NCBI GenBank assembly: GCA_013239625.1
Contig: MU053487.1
Span: forward strand, 949,058 to 1,013,057
Length of the DNA stretch: 64,000 nucleotides
Direction: 5' to 3'
Source of the DNA: Lama guanicoe
Taxonomy: Eukaryota
The notes under the pieces were generated by a model. The model was not told the DNA's origin and made no database searches. It saw only the letters and a program-made list of their open reading frames with translations. Shown one piece after another: positions 59,720 to 64,000 of this stretch. Both the position numbers and the translations under genes were made by a program. The first letter of the stretch is position 1, and the number at the start of each line of letters is the position of its first letter.

Positions 59720-61607
59720 GCCAAAACCAAAGTCCAGAGAGCCAGTCCCCCGTCCAGTTCCTATCCCTGTGGTTACTTTTGTAAAAAACAAAGAAAAATA
59801 TTTGTTGTTTTCTCTCTGGTTTGACAGCTGTTTTCAAAGGAGTTACAAGGTGCAGCATCCCTTCCCACTCTCCCTGCTGTGAGATTCAGAGACCTTTCAC
59901 TTTGTCTTTTCCACTGCTGAAAACTCCTTTTGGACCAGCCCATATCACACCTCCAACCACCACGAGAATCAGAAATTCTGATACATTGGGCAGACACAGA
60001 CACTTTGCTAGAAAGATAAGTAGAACTCTGTGCTCATTTGAGGTTCTCCAAGTAAGACTTCTTAATCACAAGCAGTGCTTCTGTCCCACCACTTCATGTC
60101 GTGGTTGCCTGGGACTTCCCATGAGGGATTCATTCTATTCTTGAAGGCCTGTTCTCACAAATGCAATTTTTTCCTTTTCTCCTATGGTCTTGGGCCAATT
60201 ACTTATCTCAGTGAACCTCAGACTCCGCATCTATAAACCCGAGTATAAGGAGGGGAAAACGACAGAGCATTTGTGGCATGCTTGGTGAGCAGAAAGCTAT
60301 TAACAAAGGTAATTTCCTTTCCATTAGGAACTGAGTGTTCAAAACAGATGCATTCTGAAAGGGGATGTGGAACAAGCTTCCTGTTTATAGTGCTGTGTCC
60401 TCATATGAGGACAGAGAAGTGCATGTAGAAACACCCGTCTGGCTGGTTATTCAGCATATGACAAATCTTTTAGTGAATCTGTTTATTTAAAATACATTAC
60501 TGCGTTGTCCAAGGATATATTGCACAAAAAATATATTGCTAAGAAGTAAACGAAACTTCGACAAATTAGTAAAATTCTTTAGTCCATGTCCTTGCCCCTG
60601 GCACCAATCCAGGCAAATCCATGTATCAGAAATATAGAAAGGGAATATAGTTATGTCCCATTTTATGTTTTATTATATACCAAGTCACCTATAAAGTTGC
60701 TGTTGGAGCAGATAATGTTTGGTCCATATTGCACCAAAGGGAGGGATATTAATTTTCATTTGGGTTGGATCTGAAAACTGCTGTGCACACACTGAGTGAC
60801 ATCTCATTTTTCCTGATAATGATGTTGATATGTCTCTGGAATAGCCATATGCTCAGCATTTGTGGCTTCAAACTTGTTCTTCATTAATTACGGCTGTACA
60901 GAAGCTGCCAAAAATTAAGTTCTATGGAAGATTTAAATTTGAGCTCAGAAATAGGTGAAATGTATATGTAGATGGAGAAACATATTCAAAGAGGTGAAGT
61001 TTGCACAACCAAGAAGTAGCTGAGCTGGGAAATTAACCCCCTTGATTGGATCCTAAAGTTCATTTGGAATTCCCATGACACAACGTGGCTTCCTGTCCCA
61101 GAGGAACGGATGAGTAGAGACAGGTTTCCTGGTCTCTGCATGGAGGGAGACACAGATAAGAATTTTTTGCATTGCTGCTTCACAAGTAAAAGTGTGATTT
61201 CAGCTCTTCCAGAGTTTTGTACAGGACTGTAGAAGGGATTTGCTTTTTAAAGAATTCGTAAATGCCTCGTATTTGTCTGAAATTACGAGATTTTACCTTA
61301 GATTGCCTAACATTTTGGAAAGTGGAAAAAGGAAGGATTTAGGTGAGGGCTGTGCAACAAAGATCACACTACCTTTTTGTTTGAGGATCCTATACTTTTA
61401 AGTATCATTGTCATGTGTATTATTTCAGTGGTTGCCAAAGATCTTTCGTAAAGGGTCACATACTAAGTATTTTGTACCAGAATTCTTTTCATAGTGCTCT
61501 GATGTAAATGAAAGCCTCTTGAAATATATGAAGCACTTAAAATGTGTAAGTGTGCCTCCTCCTCTCTCTCTTCCTCTTCTTCCCTCTTTTTCTCTTTTCT
61601 TATCGCG

Positions 61608-61810
61608 ATTAAGAGCATTGGCTTTAGAGTTAAAAGACTGAGTTTAATTGGGTGACATTGGGTCAATTACTTAATCTCTCTGAGCCTCGGTGTTTTATCT
61701 GAAAAATGGAAATTGTAATAGTAGCTCACTCATAGGGTTGTTATGGGGGTTAAATAAGTTAATCCATGGAAACAACTTACACTCATGCTTGATGCTTAGC
61801 AGATGCTCAA
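61608..61810 (+). mobile_element. MIR SINE
   Basis: 'ttaagagcattggctttagagt...attacttaatctctctgagcctcgg...atctgaaaaatgg...ctcatagggttgttatggggg ttaaat'. Confidence 0.85.
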
Positions 61811-63349
61811 GAAGGAAGTCCAGCTCCCTTCTCCTCCTCTTTCCCCACTCCTCACCCCCTCCTTCTCTTCCTTTTCTTCATTACATAAACAGTTATTCAG
61901 GTACAGTTTCCAGTTTTATTTTTTTTTCCTTAAACCTGATGCCTTTGCATCCTTGGGATTAGTATGTACCTCAGTAATTCTTTCCCAACTGGCAGATTTT
62001 CTCAATACTGTCTCTGACCTAAGTGCTTATGGCCCATATATGCAGTGTCATATGGCTGTGTTCAGTCTCTTAGGGCCTTGACAGGGTGATCTAAGGGGCT
62101 CTCTTAGATGTTGTCACTCAGGCATCCTTTTATTCATGAACCAGGCCTTCCGAAAATCATCTGCTGGATCTATAGTTGGTCTGCTATCACCAGGATTCAT
62201 TATACAAACAAACACACACAAGATCACTCTATCTCTATTAGACTGAGAACAGAATTCCTTAGGAGTTTTGTTTTTCTCTTGGACAACATTAGTGGTGGTG
62301 GTGTTAGTGGTACAGTGAGCACGTGTGAAATGACAATCCCAGAAACCTTTGTGCAAGGGACTCCAGTTTCTGGTAGTCAGGACTGTTTGTGAAAGTGTCA
62401 CCAAGAGCCTCTGAGGGTAAAACTTCAAGCTGCTAGTCAACCATGGTACTCTCAGGATCAGCCATGTCTCATCTCCTTCAGTGACATGTGAAGACAGAAG
62501 GGCAAGCAGGCAGGAATATTCACACACAAATAAGGGCACTGGGGAAGTTGGCAAGTTCATCCTTCCTCTCCTGCAGCTCCTGCTTCTGTCTTTAACACAT
62601 CGATTGGATCAAACTCGAGTCTTTCTTTGATTGTCCCGACACCCTGCTTACTGTTGTTTATTTAGCTTATGATTCTTCTGCCCCCAAGGCAAATCTTCAT
62701 ACTACATGGATCAATAGGCCATGGGGGCCTTAATTAAAGCTGCAGAATAAAATTGATACTGGATATGAAATTCCTCCAGTGTCTGGAAGAAAAGGGAATG
62801 CTGTTTCTCATGGAGACTTTTCATCGTCTCACACTGTCACTTCTGAAATTTGTTGAAACATTGGGTATCTCGTGGTAGATTTCTGAGACACAAATTAGAC
62901 ACATGCATAGACATGTGAAGAAAGGGGAAGTCCTTCGACGAGGCTTTTTTGGATGTCTCTCTAGACAATCAACATCCAGTATGTTGGTGGGTGTTAAAAA
63001 TCAATGCTTATTTGTACTGCAAAAGAAACCACAGATCTGGATTTTAGATCCTGTGTCAGGTGCATAAAAAGTTGCAGAGACATTTGGGGAACATAATATT
63101 AAAGAGTTTTGATTTCACTAATTTAACTATCTCTATAGTTTTTAAATAAGTCCTTTGAATGAGCCCTTTTTCCTCTGGCCAGGTAATGGGAGCTGTCCCC
63201 AATCGTGGTACTGAAATATTTACAATGAAAAGCATTGAGTTATCAAGCTCCAGAGGCTCCTAGCTGAGGATCAAAGATGTGAGGGCAGCTAGGGAAGCCG
63301 TAAGAGTTACTGGCAGAAATTGCAGTTAGTAGTTGTCATTATTGACTTA

Positions 63350-63535
63350 AATTCTTATTCTTAAATTCTGATTCTACCATTCAGCAACTCTGTAGCCTAG
63401 CAGATTATTTAGTTTTTATGAACCGTTATTTGCGCATTATTAAATTTGGTTCATATGGGCATCAACTGAGATTTGTATGTAAGAATTCCTAGCACAGTAT
63501 TTGTAATATTTTGTGTTTTTATCAGATGTTAGTTC
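63350..63535 (+). mobile_element. MIR SINE (degenerate)
   Basis: 'aaattctgattctaccattcagcaactctgtagcc...tgtaagaattcctagcacagt'. Confidence 0.5.
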
Positions 63536-64000
63536 TTCCCCCAGACCTTTGACTATTTGAGCCTAATATTCTGAGGAGCTGTTGCTCTTGCTGATGCCAG
63601 TGGGGAATCAACCAGAGAAGGGTGCCTTTTGACTACAGAATAATATTCAGCTCTTTCTGTCCTTTTCACACACGTGTGGTCTTCAGAATCATTTAGAGGG
63701 GAAGATACTGTTGATGAATGACCTTTCAACCTAATACACAGAGTGGGGAGAGAATAACCGTATTATTTCCATGAACCTGATGAAATTAGTATTCTAGAAT
63801 CTGAAGATGGAGAGATAGAGGTATTAGAAGGAAAAGGATGAAAACAAGGACGTGCAGGAGAGTAGAAATTTATGTAGTCAAAAGGTGAGATTTTATGTGC
63901 TTCGAAGTCTTTTGTTTATTTAGGTTTGGTTAAATATTTAAATTTTCTAATAAGATTGAGAAAAAAGAATATAAAAATATATTATGGAGCACATTTATTT

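Noticed and set aside
1..64000. All supplied ORFs (60-148 aa) as protein-coding genes
   Set aside because: They are short, many start at non-ATG codons, most overlap repeats or low-complexity DNA, and none resembles a known cellular protein; this is the chance expectation for mammalian non-coding DNA.

Overview
Mammalian non-coding genomic DNA (intronic or intergenic), about 40% GC by eye, CpG-depleted and dense in interspersed repeats. Four copies of a short tRNA-derived SINE (TAGCTCAGTGGTAGAGCGCATGCTTAGCATGCACGAGGTCCTGGGTTCAA...ACCTCC + A-rich tail), which I recognise as vic-1-like, point to a camelid (alpaca/llama/camel) genome. The rest is the usual eutherian repeat set: L1 of several ages, L2, MIR, CR1/L3, MaLR (MLT1) and ERVL (LTR16/LTR33) solo LTRs, and hAT and Tigger DNA-transposon fossils. 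No protein-coding gene, RNA gene, CRISPR array or prokaryotic system can be supported. The supplied ORFs are chance frames or decayed L1 ORF2 pieces, and I could not identify a host gene. I did not find a convincing new biological system. The best observations are a near-consensus CTCF site (15628-15646), two 5'-inverted (twin-primed) L1 insertions, an L1 apparently polyadenylated at an internal signal, a SINE+L1 unit sharing one target-site duplication, several enhancer-like motif clusters and palindromes, and two weak candidate exons. Repeat names come from recalled consensus sequences, not a database search, and boundaries are approximate (tens of bp) unless exact motifs are quoted.
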